Below, one piece after another: positions 18,365 through 29,159 of a DNA stretch of 64,000 bases. Under the pieces are notes generated by a model. That model searched no databases. It saw only the letters and a list, made by a program, of their open reading frames with translations, and was not told where the DNA came from. The stretch lies in assembly GCA_044226015.1 (NCBI GenBank), contig JBGAHS010000002.1:352001-416000 (forward strand), written 5' to 3'. Position 1 is the stretch's first letter, and every line of letters starts with the position of its first letter. This DNA is from Candidatus Obscuribacteraceae bacterium (GTDB lineage: Bacteria > Cyanobacteriota > Vampirovibrionia > Obscuribacterales > Obscuribacteraceae). Made by a program: the position numbers and the translations under genes.

Positions 18365-20101
18365 TTAGTGGCGCATACTCAGCGCTTTCACAAGACTATC
18401 AACGCGGCTAATTGCAGCGTAAGCCCCAACAGCAGCAAGTTTTGCCGGAATAGGAATTGGGGCTTGTAAGAGTAGTGGGGCGACAACTGTGTCACCGAGA
18501 GCATGGAATTCGTTTGGCTCTTCGCTGAGTCCCAAAGATTTGCTGATTGAATTATCGAGGCATTGCCCCGCCAAGCCAGCACCAAGTCCAATTGCCATTG
18601 TTTTGCCCGCACTGCGCAAAGAACTGAGGCAAAGCGCACGGGAATCAACACTATGAGACAGAAGTTCAGGATTTATCTTAGAGAATCCAGCAGTTGATTC
18701 AGCTGATGCCAGAGCTGGAAGCGGATGCGAACTCACTCCTACACTAAACTCCGGAGCCAAACTAACTGGAGGCTTTGCAGGTGTGATAGCAGCCTCTAGA
18801 TTCGAAGCAGACTTCGCTAGATTTTTCGTCAGTGATTCCAGCTCCATTGAAATCATATTTCGTTTCTGAACTTCAGCTTCAGCTTTGATTAGCTCAGCAT
18901 GCGAGTCGGCAAATTTCGCGAGCGTCTTTGCCTCTGCTGATTCAGCATGAAAGAAATCGCCTGTATTTAGCTGGTGCTGAGCTGACGAAGGATCATGCAA
19001 GATTTTCTCGAGAAGATCTATGCGACCTCTATTGTGTGCCAGGTCAGCAGTGGTCATTTCGGGCAATCCATTCAACGCTTTTACTTTGCCTTTAATTTCA
19101 TTTTTCAAAGCAGTTTTACTTACGCTTCTTTCCACCAGATTATCGATGTTATTTTCCAACCTTCCGGTTCTCACATTTTGTTCCCATGTATGCTGTGAGA
19201 GGCGGTAATCATGCGCAAGCTTTGCCTCCTGAGAGCCAGCCAGAAAAATCTTCGAATTCTTTACTGAATGGTCTGTGTTAAGAATCTCTTCCATGGTGCC
19301 AGTTCTAGCTCTGATATCAGCTGAGCGCAGCTTATCATTGAGACCCGTACTTACAAACTTCTTCTGTGCCTCCAGCACCTGCCTTGTTTCTGGTCCGTAC
19401 AGGTAGGCTTCGTCAATCGCCTTGTATTGTTTCAGCATCGATTCGACACTGCCTCTGGCGTCACCAAGCCTGACATGGCTTTGTTCCAAGGCTCGACTTG
19501 CTTCGCTTTGAATTGCTCTGGCTTCTGAATGCAATTTTTCGAAAGCAGCATGATCGGCATTAGTAGCGACAGATGCCTCCGGTCCAGCCAGCGCCGATTC
19601 AGGGTTTGTTTTATCTTTGTTATGAATAAACGAAAGCACGCGATCCATTGTTTCTTTTGGATTTGAACTCAATGTAGAACGCACACTGGCATCAAGAGCA
19701 GACGCTGCAGCTCCCTGGGGAACACCTGCTCGTACTTCCGCTTTAGCGAGCTTCACAGGAGCAATCGATTCATCAGAAATGGCTGATTTTAAAGCATCAA
19801 ACTTGGAGCTATATTGTGAATTCAGTTCCCGCTGATATCCAAGTAATCCGCCCGTTATGAAAGAATAGACAAGCGGGGTTGCTAGAGGCGTGATGTTACC
19901 GTCAACCTTCTCACCACCAGCACGAAGCTTGGACCCTGGCACGCCTCCGCAATCTGATTGCGATCCACCACCTGCAGTGGCATCATTGTAGAGAGTAGTT
20001 GCCGTCGTCACATCATGACCGGAGAGAAAAGGCGACTCACGAAAATGACCATCCGCTGAGTTGTTTGTACAACCTGAATTGTTTTCATAGCCACTGAACA
20101 T
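18365..20101 (-). CDS. Hypothetical protein, distant paralog of the 56555 and 57721 genes
   Basis: 578-aa helical protein. Shares a GTxEE...KxFxxGSxEA motif and a hydrophobic C-terminal layout with those paralogs. Confidence 0.7.
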   Translation of the reverse strand: MFSGYENNSGCTNNSADGHFRESPFLSGHDVTTATTLYNDATAGGGSQSDCGGVPGSKLRAGGEKVDGNITPLATPLVYSFITGGLLGYQRELNSQYSSKFDALKSAISDESIAPVKLAKAEVRAGVPQGAAASALDASVRSTLSSNPKETMDRVLSFIHNKDKTNPESALAGPEASVATNADHAAFEKLHSEARAIQSEASRALEQSHVRLGDARGSVESMLKQYKAIDEAYLYGPETRQVLEAQKKFVSTGLNDKLRSADIRARTGTMEEILNTDHSVKNSKIFLAGSQEAKLAHDYRLSQHTWEQNVRTGRLENNIDNLVERSVSKTALKNEIKGKVKALNGLPEMTTADLAHNRGRIDLLEKILHDPSSAQHQLNTGDFFHAESAEAKTLAKFADSHAELIKAEAEVQKRNMISMELESLTKNLAKSASNLEAAITPAKPPVSLAPEFSVGVSSHPLPALASAESTAGFSKINPELLSHSVDSRALCLSSLRSAGKTMAIGLGAGLAGQCLDNSISKSLGLSEEPNEFHALGDTVVAPLLLQAPIPIPAKLAAVGAYAAISRVDSLVKALSMRH

Positions 20102-20628
20102 AATGAACCCCCCTCGATATTGGCTTCAAGCGCCCTAGCAAGAAACCAACGTTATTTAACAAGAGATAATCTAGAGATTAAACACGACGATCAAAATGCG
20201 TGCAGTTCACAACACACAGGTAAAAACACGAAGAAAGATTTAGCTGCCGAATGCCCAAAACGATTGGGAGACAATCACATTAAATGAGAAAGAGAAAAAA
20301 GTCCCCCAAACCAAATTTCCATAAAAAACCTGATTGAAATTTGAATTACGCCTGAAATGCCCAAGCTAAAGTTGTTTGGTTCGCTTCGAGCTGTCTAGCA
20401 GTCCCCAGAATCAATATCTAAATCGCTAAGCATCAGGAGTCCTTGTTCAACCTGCTGCGGAAGTCAAAAGTATCGTCCGGGCAGGAACGAAGATAACTGT
20501 GTAGAGAACAGATTCGCAAATTTACATGGTGTTTCGGATACATTTTTACTGGAGTTCAACAACTTTCGAGGGCAAAAGTTTTGAGCTAATATCAGTGTGG
20601 AACATTAATGGCCTGATGGAGGTCCCGA

Positions 20629-21891
20629 ATGCGTTTTCCTGAGAGAGTCCTTGTTCTTTCGTTTGCTTTGAGTGTTCTCGCCGGCGTCACTTCCGTAGAA
20701 TCTGCCAAGGCGCAGATGACAGCATTGCCGGGAGTTCTCGAGGGCGACCAACTAAGGAAAGTGAACGAGATATACGGTGAGGTCAACAGTTCGGCGCCTG
20801 GGCAGGGTGGCAAACTCGTTCCTGCATTGCTTGAATCTCTCAGCTCAATTGACCAGCGAGGTCTATACCAGGCTTACACCCAACTACACGATTTGTTAAA
20901 AGATCCATCTGTAATCGAAGCACTAGTGCAAGAGCTAAAAACCAACAAGGCTGAGCTAGCTTCCAATCTTCTGGCACACAACCGCATGTACGGCGGGAAT
21001 CAAATTGAGTTCAATAATGCAGAAACGACCGAACTGATTTTGGCTCTCAAGTCAGCCAACGCTGTTGTCCGAAAAAATGTTGTGCAGATGCTGGCTGGCA
21101 TTCAGCCTCCAAACAACGACACTTCTGTGCAGACCGCTCTCATAGACGTGTTACTCAAAGACCCCGTGCCCAGCGTCAGGACAGCCGCGGCAAGTTCGCT
21201 TTCAACAATTGCTAGAGAAGTTTATTTCAAGAACGCACAACCTATTGCCGCGGCGTATTCAAAAGCAATTCAGGAAGACCAATCAGTGCAAGTGCGGGTT
21301 TCAGCCGCAGCGGCCCTTTCGCAGATGGGAGGCAAAGCGGCATCAGAGTCTACAGTAATTTGTAGATGCCTGACCGACAATTCATCACAGGTACGAAACT
21401 CAGCATTGCAAGCGATCACAAATATCGGCGCCGCATGCAAAGCTGCAGAGCCAGAACTTTTGGACATGTGGAACGCGCCTGCTGACCAGAACGGATATTA
21501 TTCACAATCAAAAGATCGCATTTTGATGGCTTTAGTTGCAATTGGCACCACACCTGAAAAGATTGCGCCACTCATCGCTTCCCAACTCAAAGAACACAAT
21601 ACAGTAAATGGAACGATCCACGTTTTGCAGAAGATGGGAAATGATGCCATCCTCGTACTACCCGATTTGATGAAGGTACTAGATTCACCTTACGCATATG
21701 ATAGAGAAGAAGCAGCACGACTTATTGGTCAATTAGGTCCATTAGCAAAAGCAGCAATTCCTGCTCTCAAGAAGTGCTCTTCCGACTCCCGCAGTATAAG
21801 AGGATATGGCTCCGCTGAAAGAGCACAGGCAGCAGCAAAGGAAGCGATTCAAAGCATCGAAATGCATCCAACCGCTGACTCCGAAGGATGA
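20629..21891 (+). CDS. Secreted HEAT-repeat protein
   Basis: Signal peptide (AKA-Q). Repeats DPVPSVRTAAASSL, DQSVQVRVSAAAAL, DNSSQVRNSALQAI and REEAARLIGQLGP. RBS ggagg. Confidence 0.85.
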   Translation: MRFPERVLVLSFALSVLAGVTSVESAKAQMTALPGVLEGDQLRKVNEIYGEVNSSAPGQGGKLVPALLESLSSIDQRGLYQAYTQLHDLLKDPSVIEALVQELKTNKAELASNLLAHNRMYGGNQIEFNNAETTELILALKSANAVVRKNVVQMLAGIQPPNNDTSVQTALIDVLLKDPVPSVRTAAASSLSTIAREVYFKNAQPIAAAYSKAIQEDQSVQVRVSAAAALSQMGGKAASESTVICRCLTDNSSQVRNSALQAITNIGAACKAAEPELLDMWNAPADQNGYYSQSKDRILMALVAIGTTPEKIAPLIASQLKEHNTVNGTIHVLQKMGNDAILVLPDLMKVLDSPYAYDREEAARLIGQLGPLAKAAIPALKKCSSDSRSIRGYGSAERAQAAAKEAIQSIEMHPTADSEG

Positions 21892-21949
21892 ACGCGAAGA
21901 TACATGTAAGCGAACGAAACGGATCTGAAAAGAAAACAAAAAGTCAAAC

Positions 21950-22160
21950 CAATCCGATTCATCAGCGCCGATCCGCTCCGTTCCGTTCAACTCCAATCCG
22001 CTCCAATCCGCTCCGATTCATCAGCGCCGATCTGCTCAACACCAATCAGCTCCGATTCATCAACTCCGATTCATCAACTCCCCTCCGCTCAACTCCAATC
22101 AGCTCCAATCTGGTCAGCTCCGCTCCAATCCGACCAAAACAAATCAAATCAACCAATCAA
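21950..22160 (+). repeat. Low-complexity short tandem repeats
   Basis: Iterated ctccgattcatca, ctccaatc and ccgct units downstream of the HEAT gene. Confidence 0.7.
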
Positions 22161-22195
22161 ATAAAGGAACACAATTAGCACTCATCGGTGACATC

Positions 22196-23860
22196 ATGCC
22201 CTGGCCAACACCTCAAGATTATAATGAAGCACTGCAAGACCCCACGTCTTGTTTCTTTGATGAGGAACTCATGAACGCCGAGGTACGTTGTGATCGGTTT
22301 GGCATGCCGCGCCCGGAGTCAGGAAATTTCGCATCTGTATATAAACTGCAAAATGGGAATGAGTCCTGGGCCATTCGCTGCTTCCTTTATCAAATTGCGA
22401 ATCGTGAGTTTCGCTATCAAGCTATTTCAGATTACCTGAATGAAAACAAAATGCCGTTTTTTCTGCCTTTTGTTTATGTTCCTGATGGTATCAAATGCGG
22501 CACCAGCACTTTCCCCATAATCAAGATGAAATATCTTGATGCACATACGTTCAGCCATTATGTATCGCTCGTTGCAATGCGAAGAGACCAGATGGATTCC
22601 CTGCTCTCACAGATCGAACAAATCTCCCAGCAACTTCAGGAGTTAAAAATAGCGCACGGTGATTTGCAGCATGACAATATACTCGTCGCGGACGGAAGAA
22701 TATACCTGGTAGATTATGATGCAATGTTCGTGCCAACCCTGACGGGTTCTACCGCAAATGAACTCGGTCATCAGAGTTATCAACACCCCTCAAAATCCCC
22801 CAGACATTTCAATGAAAACACAGACAATTTTTCTTTCTGGGTGATCAAAAACAGTCTAGAGATAATAAAGGAAATACCCGACATTTTAGAATGGCCGCAC
22901 AAAGTATCTGATGGACTTTTATTCTCTTCGGAAGACTTAAAGGCTCCCCAGAAATCTCGGCTCTTTCACTTTCTGGAGAAGCACGATAATAACACTGTCC
23001 GCAAATGCGCACGCCAGATCCGTTCAGCATTGAATGCTTCACCTCAAGAAACACCCGCCCTCTCCGATACTCTATCTATGGAAGCTTTGCTAGAACTTTG
23101 CCCTGACCTTCCCGAACTTAGTTTCATAGACGAGAACAAGCTCAAGCACGAAACGCCTGATGCTTTGCGTGCTCTTGCTACTCAACCCAGGAATTTCTTT
23201 GTGGCACCACTTGCGTCAAGCTCTAGCACACAACTCTCATTTGGGCTCAGAACCAAACACAAATGGCCTGAAATTTTCAATCACGAAACCGATTTTGGCT
23301 ATGAGCGGCTACACCAACTCATTGAAAAGAAAACGCCGATTGATGGCGAGATTCCATTCTTACCACCACTACTACACGCCTTGCTGGAAGAACACGGCAT
23401 AGTCTTGATTGTATTTCTAATCACGACTTATGTAGCCTGCTTCTTGGTTCAGGGATTAGCTACAGTAGTGCTCATGCTGACACTGCTTGCAATATCAATG
23501 ATATTCGCACCAAAGGTGGTGAACAAGTACTTAAAGGACAAAGACACTGTCAAACGAAGTCCCCGAGGAAGGTTTCTCACCCGAGTTTCAAATATTCTTC
23601 TGGATGGGCGCTGCACAATCGTAGAGTTCGAGCTTGAGGGTCCAGCATATGCCCGAAGAATAATTTTCAAGGCAGGCGTACCTTCGCATCTGCACGAGCG
23701 TGTTCACACCATAAAGCACTCAAATTACGATGTGTCAGAACAACAGAGCAAGATTGAATCCAAAAAGACAAAAATCGGAATGCTCTATTTCGACCAGGGA
23801 CACACTGATTTGCCAATCGCATTGTGTGCGGAAGGGAATGTTCTTTTCTGGTTCATTTGA
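22196..23860 (+). CDS. Atypical Ser/Thr protein kinase with C-terminal membrane hairpin
   Basis: SGNFASVY P-loop, WAIRCFL, HGDLQHDNILV, LVDYD, ELGHxxYQHP and DNFS. Two TM segments near aa 400-440. Confidence 0.85.
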   Translation: MPWPTPQDYNEALQDPTSCFFDEELMNAEVRCDRFGMPRPESGNFASVYKLQNGNESWAIRCFLYQIANREFRYQAISDYLNENKMPFFLPFVYVPDGIKCGTSTFPIIKMKYLDAHTFSHYVSLVAMRRDQMDSLLSQIEQISQQLQELKIAHGDLQHDNILVADGRIYLVDYDAMFVPTLTGSTANELGHQSYQHPSKSPRHFNENTDNFSFWVIKNSLEIIKEIPDILEWPHKVSDGLLFSSEDLKAPQKSRLFHFLEKHDNNTVRKCARQIRSALNASPQETPALSDTLSMEALLELCPDLPELSFIDENKLKHETPDALRALATQPRNFFVAPLASSSSTQLSFGLRTKHKWPEIFNHETDFGYERLHQLIEKKTPIDGEIPFLPPLLHALLEEHGIVLIVFLITTYVACFLVQGLATVVLMLTLLAISMIFAPKVVNKYLKDKDTVKRSPRGRFLTRVSNILLDGRCTIVEFELEGPAYARRIIFKAGVPSHLHERVHTIKHSNYDVSEQQSKIESKKTKIGMLYFDQGHTDLPIALCAEGNVLFWFI

Positions 23861-23877
23861 GCAGTTACTTTGAATGC

Positions 23878-24732
23878 TCAAATTCCCTGGATTCGTTTTT
23901 CAGGATTCAATTTGCTCCAGCGATCATCCACCTTTTCAAATTTATTGAACAACAAGGTACTGGAAATCGAATTTACACCGGTGCCTCGAAAGTTGCTTTC
24001 ACCAAGCGGGTCGAGATAGCCACCGAAGGTACTGGAAACAACAGTAATCGAAACCTTTCGCGCCAATCTCGAAACTGTATCTTCGCCAAAATCAGGAATA
24101 CTATTTTCAAGCGACGCGGATGTACCAGTCATAGTGGCATAGGTTGCAGCCGCCTTGCTTCCCTGCTCAAGCCGTTTTGACCAGAGCGACTCGCCTGGCT
24201 TGAGTTCGGTGGGAGTCAAGAATGAACCAACTATAAAACCGGCACTTGCTTGCTCATAAATAACGCGATGAAGCGGCGATAACCCTTCGCTCAAAACTAG
24301 ATTTCCAACTCCACGCGTGAGTACCACAGCTCCAACCAGAGGAACTAAGGCGCCGACAACCTGAGCAGTTTTTTGCCCTTTATCATTTACTTGTTGAGCT
24401 TTGTAGGATACATCCAAACCAAGGGCTTGTTGCACTGCAGCACACGGAGCAGTGAGAATGCTCTCTTTCAGCCCCGCAAGAATAGCTTCTGAACTTGTAG
24501 AAGAATTGTCCTTCAACAAAAGATGTGAAATTTGCAGTGGAGGCAAATGACAAGCCTGCTTAGACTTCTCAGCAGATACACATTCGACGTCAACTTTTAG
24601 AGCGCCTGCAACTTGCATGCAGTCATTGCTCAAGAGTGCGTTAGCTTCTTCGACAAATTTATTGCTCACAGAGCTTTCGGCAGACAAAACTGTCCGCTCA
24701 TTTGCCTTGAAAATTGAGGAATTTTCTCCCAC
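23878..24732 (-). CDS. Hypothetical membrane-associated protein
   Basis: 284-aa ORF (GTG start) with small-residue hydrophobic segments. No family recognised. Confidence 0.6.
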   Translation of the reverse strand: MGENSSIFKANERTVLSAESSVSNKFVEEANALLSNDCMQVAGALKVDVECVSAEKSKQACHLPPLQISHLLLKDNSSTSSEAILAGLKESILTAPCAAVQQALGLDVSYKAQQVNDKGQKTAQVVGALVPLVGAVVLTRGVGNLVLSEGLSPLHRVIYEQASAGFIVGSFLTPTELKPGESLWSKRLEQGSKAAATYATMTGTSASLENSIPDFGEDTVSRLARKVSITVVSSTFGGYLDPLGESNFRGTGVNSISSTLLFNKFEKVDDRWSKLNPEKRIQGI

Positions 24733-24806
24733 GCCTAGTAACCCAAACTCTACCCTTGCTTAGATCTTAGGCTTTATGTGCGTTCTCTCATATGGGAGAA
24801 ACGCGT

Positions 24807-24828
24807 ACTGGACCGGTACCGGTCCAGT
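24807..24828. repeat. Solo 22-bp palindrome sharing the family A core
   Basis: ACTGGACCGGTACCGGTCCAGT is a perfect inverted repeat with core ACCGGTACCGGT. Confidence 0.6.
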
Positions 24829-24859
24829 TCTCATTTTCAGCACAGATTTTCCTGCAAGC

Positions 24860-24887
24860 AAAGAAAAGGCATCTCCGAAGAGATGCC
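24860..24887 (-). terminator. Intrinsic terminator of the sigma-factor operon
   Basis: Minus strand reads GGCATCTC-TTCG-GAGATGCC-TTTTCTTT. Confidence 0.8.
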
Positions 24888-24974
24888 CCTCAAGCAACAT
24901 AACATTTGTGGAACGAGCGAATCGTAATGTATGGCGCGCCTTCCTCCTACAGAAAGCTGCGGGTTCGCTAGTTT

Positions 24975-25652
24975 TTAGAGTACAAAGTAAGGAGTTTGAG
25001 CTACTTTGTCTCCGACGAGTATCTCAATCTGATACTGTCCTGGACCGACTTTGATATTCGGTGCCACCACAGAACCATCCTGGTTTGTTTTCTTCGAGAA
25101 GATAACACCACGATCTTGTTCTTTTACACGGAGTTCAACGTCAGAAAGCGCTTCGCCTTTAACGTCTTTTGCGTTCAAGAGAATTCTGAACTGGTCCTGG
25201 TCAACCATCCATCCAAGATTAACTTGAATGTTGGCACCAGACAAATCTTGCTGGAAAGTGCCGAGCGACACCAGACGCGAACCAACTCCGCGAAGAGCGC
25301 CAGCAGGAACCATTTGCTGCCATGCCATTGTAGCTAGCATATCTTGCCAGGTCTGAACAGCAGCATCGCGTCCAGCTCCAACAAAATCGCGCAACTTCAA
25401 GACAGCACTTGCGACAGGGTCTGCAACTTCGCCAAGCATCTTTAAAGTGATGCGACTAAGTATGCTCTCGTCCTTGTCAGAAAGCGTGATGTATTCGGAA
25501 GCCTTCCACATGGCGCGGTCAAATGCCGTGTCCTCGCCTGGTAGAGGCAAGCTATCTCCATGACGTTTGAAAAAATCTTGAACGTCATTAGCAATAGCCC
25601 CTTCGTCGTTGCCTTCGAGAATCTTTTTGAGTTCTTCAGTAGGGGTTTTCAT
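24975..25652 (-). CDS. Hypothetical sigma-factor partner with C-terminal beta-sandwich
   Basis: 225 aa, starts 9 bp after the sigma gene stop. Helical N-half, beta-rich C-half ending in PYFVL. Confidence 0.7.
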   Translation of the reverse strand: MKTPTEELKKILEGNDEGAIANDVQDFFKRHGDSLPLPGEDTAFDRAMWKASEYITLSDKDESILSRITLKMLGEVADPVASAVLKLRDFVGAGRDAAVQTWQDMLATMAWQQMVPAGALRGVGSRLVSLGTFQQDLSGANIQVNLGWMVDQDQFRILLNAKDVKGEALSDVELRVKEQDRGVIFSKKTNQDGSVVAPNIKVGPGQYQIEILVGDKVAQTPYFVL

Positions 25653-25661
25653 GATCTGCTC

Positions 25662-26402
25662 CTAGATGCACGATTGATCTCGTTCCATTCGTTCTTTAAA
25701 TGCCCGCAGAGTTCGAACGATTTTCTTATCGACTGTATCTATACTCTTCGCGTCCATTTTTAGACACGAAATCAGATCTTCTCTTTTATATCCTTGCACA
25801 TACTTCAAAAGGAAGCAGGTGCGGTGGATTCCGGGCGGAAGTTCATTCAAAATCTGCTCAATCAGGTCGTTTAAAAGGGCCTTACTTGCCGGGTCGCCAT
25901 CTTCACGGCTGCCACCCATGCCATACTCCCAGCCAAAAACGTCTTCAGCACTGCGTCCGTCGTCTTCATCAAACAATGAATCAAGCGAAGTCGTGCGCCA
26001 CTGGCTGCTCGGAGACTCATCTTCTACAAAAGTCTTCCCTGGGGCAAGAGTATTAACCTTAACCGACTGCCCCTCAAAGCTAGCTTCCTGGCTGTGCAAG
26101 GTTTCCGACCGGCTTTTGCTCGCCTGAGGTGCGTCACTTCGTTTTCGAAGCACTACCTTATGATATCGCTCGAGGTTCTGCGCTATTGCTTTGTTGCACG
26201 CGCCGAGGCAGTACAGTGCCAGCTTCGCATCGGGATGGCTAGGGTCAAAGTGCTTAATCACAAGCACCATAGCGGTTTGCAAAATATCTTCAATGTCTTC
26301 ATCGGTGGCAAGCCGCGCCCGCGAACGAATATAACGCATCATGCGCTGAGGGGTGAAATCCATGTCCCCCTTCAGGAATTTGCGCGCTTCGCGATCATTC
26401 AT
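25662..26402 (-). CDS. Sigma-70 family alternative sigma factor
   Basis: Region 2-like DIEDILQTAMVLVIKHFDP, SLD motif, and region 4-like LNELPPGIHRTCFLLKYVQGYKREDL. Confidence 0.75.
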   Translation of the reverse strand: MNDREARKFLKGDMDFTPQRMMRYIRSRARLATDEDIEDILQTAMVLVIKHFDPSHPDAKLALYCLGACNKAIAQNLERYHKVVLRKRSDAPQASKSRSETLHSQEASFEGQSVKVNTLAPGKTFVEDESPSSQWRTTSLDSLFDEDDGRSAEDVFGWEYGMGGSREDGDPASKALLNDLIEQILNELPPGIHRTCFLLKYVQGYKREDLISCLKMDAKSIDTVDKKIVRTLRAFKERMERDQSCI

Positions 26403-26591
26403 ACGTTAATTGGCTTCCCCGAACCGGACACACCGGCAATGCCTTTGAAAGTCTTCCCTGTTTGCCAGCAAGCCCTGCTGAATATACACAAGAATGGCTC
26501 TTTTTGGAATTTACCCGGCGACTCAGGCTTCCATACGCCTCAATCGCGTTCATATTAACAAATCAACAGGGTCGCTGTCGCGCAGATAGCC

Positions 26592-27521
26592 TTATTTGAA
26601 GTCATGAGAAAGGCGGAACTGACTTACCGTGCTGGGGCTAATCTTCAATTCGGCGCCTAAAGCCTTTTGAGCCGCCTCTTTCCGGATGCTCGCCAGCGCC
26701 ACCGCCGCCTGTAGATCATTTGTGTCAAAACGCAACCAGTTTCCACCATTTCCCAGATATTCGGACACGATGCCTATTTTCCTGGTTTCATCGTAAAGTC
26801 TGGGAGTGCCAATAAGCCTGCTTAGCGTATTCACAGCCCTTGCCGAGAAGGCATTAACGTTGCCATGTTCAATCAAAAGGTCAGCCAGATGCGGGTCTTG
26901 AAGTTGCTTCAAAGTGAAAGGACCACCCAGCCTGTCATAGCTGAGAATAGCTTCGCTCAAACGAGTCGGAGTAAGATTCTCGCCAGTGGTACGCTGCAGT
27001 TCCCGCAGAACCTCGACGGTATTTGCCTTTCGAACATCGACACCATGTAACTGAGCGTGGGCGCGACCGAAATTATCCAGAATGGCAGCCGCTTCATTGG
27101 CTTCACCACCTGTAAGGGTCTTCACAGACTGAATCGCTCGAAGATGCTCTTGTTCGAGCGGTCCCAGCTGCGACAATGATTTTGGTGCTAGTCCAAGCTC
27201 TTCAGCACTCAATTTTGGAAGCTCAGGCTTAAAGCGAAATGAACTTGCCGTCTGTGCTTCTGCCGAACCGGCAAGCGACTTTTCGCCAATTCCGGCAGTT
27301 ACAGCGCTTATCTCTCCAACTCGACCACGTCGCAAACCGAAAGCCACAGCAGCCGCAGTGCCAAGCGCGCCAACAACGGCAGTTGCTGCAAAAGCTTCGG
27401 AATGGTTAGACAGCATATTCCAAGCTTGCTCAGACAAACTGGGCGACGCCTTCTCACCCGGCGAGAGCTTATCGCTAAGCAAGCCAGGAGAGTCAGTCAA
27501 TTTGAGATTCATTCTGTCCAT
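26592..27521 (-). CDS. Hypothetical protein with one TM segment
   Basis: The open frame extends to 27701, but the ATG at 27521 (MDRMNLK) is the more plausible start. TM segment AFAATAVVGALGTAAAVAFGL. Confidence 0.6.
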   Translation of the reverse strand: MDRMNLKLTDSPGLLSDKLSPGEKASPSLSEQAWNMLSNHSEAFAATAVVGALGTAAAVAFGLRRGRVGEISAVTAGIGEKSLAGSAEAQTASSFRFKPELPKLSAEELGLAPKSLSQLGPLEQEHLRAIQSVKTLTGGEANEAAAILDNFGRAHAQLHGVDVRKANTVEVLRELQRTTGENLTPTRLSEAILSYDRLGGPFTLKQLQDPHLADLLIEHGNVNAFSARAVNTLSRLIGTPRLYDETRKIGIVSEYLGNGGNWLRFDTNDLQAAVALASIRKEAAQKALGAELKISPSTVSQFRLSHDFK

Positions 27522-27918
27522 TAGAAACCAGAAGCTGCCTGAGCAGATTATGCTTTCACTGGTCGACAAAGTAACTAGATAGACATACATATACAATGTA
27601 AAGAAGCTGCTTATGAATGCACCAAAATGTATGGGCCAAATTTCCTGGAAAACTGGTCTCAGCAAGGCTGTCAAGAACCGGGCGTGTTTGCGATAATCCA
27701 ACCTGAACGGCTATGAGCGGCTGCTGCAGAAGAGTCAAGGTTTTTGCTCCAATAATTCATCGAATTTGCCTGAACTTCTATAAAGCTTAAACCTCCGATG
27801 GAAAGCCGATCTAGCTCAGACATCTCGGTAGAATTGCATAGTTAAATTGACAGGACGGGTCGCTCGACACGTTCCTATTTGTCAACATAGGTATCACGGT
27901 GCAGGAGACTCCTCTCGA

Positions 27919-29142
27919 ATGAGAAAAGTTCACTCAAGAGAAGCGAACACACGACATAAGAAACCTTCTAACGGCAAAGCACCCATATCGCGTCTTTCAC
28001 ATGGGTTCATAAGCAACATCTATCAGGCTATCACTGGCAACGTCCAAATCCCGCAGCACTTCGTTCGCCGAGCATTGGCAAACGGGCTGCCTGAACCGGA
28101 GCTGCAAGATGCTATTCGATGCGCTCGCACAGCGGTTTTACTTCCAGACTATTTGCTTTCCGCTGCCGAACAGAAGTTCGAACGAGCCGTTTATTGGGAT
28201 GAACTTGGACTTAAAACAAGAGCGAGAGATCTTTATCTTGAGGCTGCGCTCTGGGCTTTGAACGCAGAGCTTCTCATTGACGATGAGGAAAAACGCAATC
28301 TCGTTTGGCAAAAATATCGCGAGAGCTACCGCCGTGCAGCGCCATATTTTGCACACCCTGCAGAAGAGATCAGCATCAATTATCTTGCCACCGCACTCAG
28401 TGGCTATTTCCGAGTACCAGCGAGTGCATTTGATGAGCAAGGACAACTTGCAATCGGACCCGTAAAATTGCCGGTCATTGTGCTACTAAATGGACTCTTC
28501 ACGGCTCGCGAAGAATTGCACTACTTCGAAAATTCGCTTTTATCACAAGGCTTTGCGACAGTTACGATCGATTACCCGGGAACGCAAGCTCACAGTGCAC
28601 ATGTTCCTTCAAGCTTCGACGTAAAAGAGCTTGCCAATTCAATTTATCTTTTCCTGTCCACTCGCCCGGAAGTTGACTGCTCACGCATTTCGCTTTATGG
28701 ACAGAGCGTCGGTGGACGCATCGCAATTCAAATGGCGTTGGCATTCCCAGAGCGATTCTGCTCAATAGTTAGCATGTCTACACCGATCGATTTGCTATCA
28801 AACCTGGACAAGCTTTCTGCTGCCTTTGCTAGAGAGCATATGGTTCCTACCAGCGCAGCAAGAGCGTCTCTCTATGAACTAGCATTACATACTGAAATCG
28901 AACAAAACATCCAACATATCGAGTCACCACTGCTGGTGCTCGGCGGAGGGAAAGACCGAGTAACGAGCGCGGAACAAACTAGAATTCTCTTTGACCGCTC
29001 GCTTTCATCCGACAAGAAGCTGGTTCTATCGCCTGGGGCTGGTCACTGCCTCTACGAAATGATGCCTAGCTTACGCTATGACATCGCTCAATGGTTCAGA
29101 CAACGTGCCACAGTATTCGCCAGCACACCTGTGACTGAGTAG
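27919..29142 (+). CDS. Alpha/beta hydrolase (FrsA / DHPON-hydrolase-like)
   Basis: GQSVGG nucleophile elbow, GGKD acid and AGH His. Start placed at the ATG after ggag; the ORF track starts at 27847. Confidence 0.85.
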   Translation: MRKVHSREANTRHKKPSNGKAPISRLSHGFISNIYQAITGNVQIPQHFVRRALANGLPEPELQDAIRCARTAVLLPDYLLSAAEQKFERAVYWDELGLKTRARDLYLEAALWALNAELLIDDEEKRNLVWQKYRESYRRAAPYFAHPAEEISINYLATALSGYFRVPASAFDEQGQLAIGPVKLPVIVLLNGLFTAREELHYFENSLLSQGFATVTIDYPGTQAHSAHVPSSFDVKELANSIYLFLSTRPEVDCSRISLYGQSVGGRIAIQMALAFPERFCSIVSMSTPIDLLSNLDKLSAAFAREHMVPTSAARASLYELALHTEIEQNIQHIESPLLVLGGGKDRVTSAEQTRILFDRSLSSDKKLVLSPGAGHCLYEMMPSLRYDIAQWFRQRATVFASTPVTE

Positions 29143-29159
29143 CTATCATCAATTACGAA

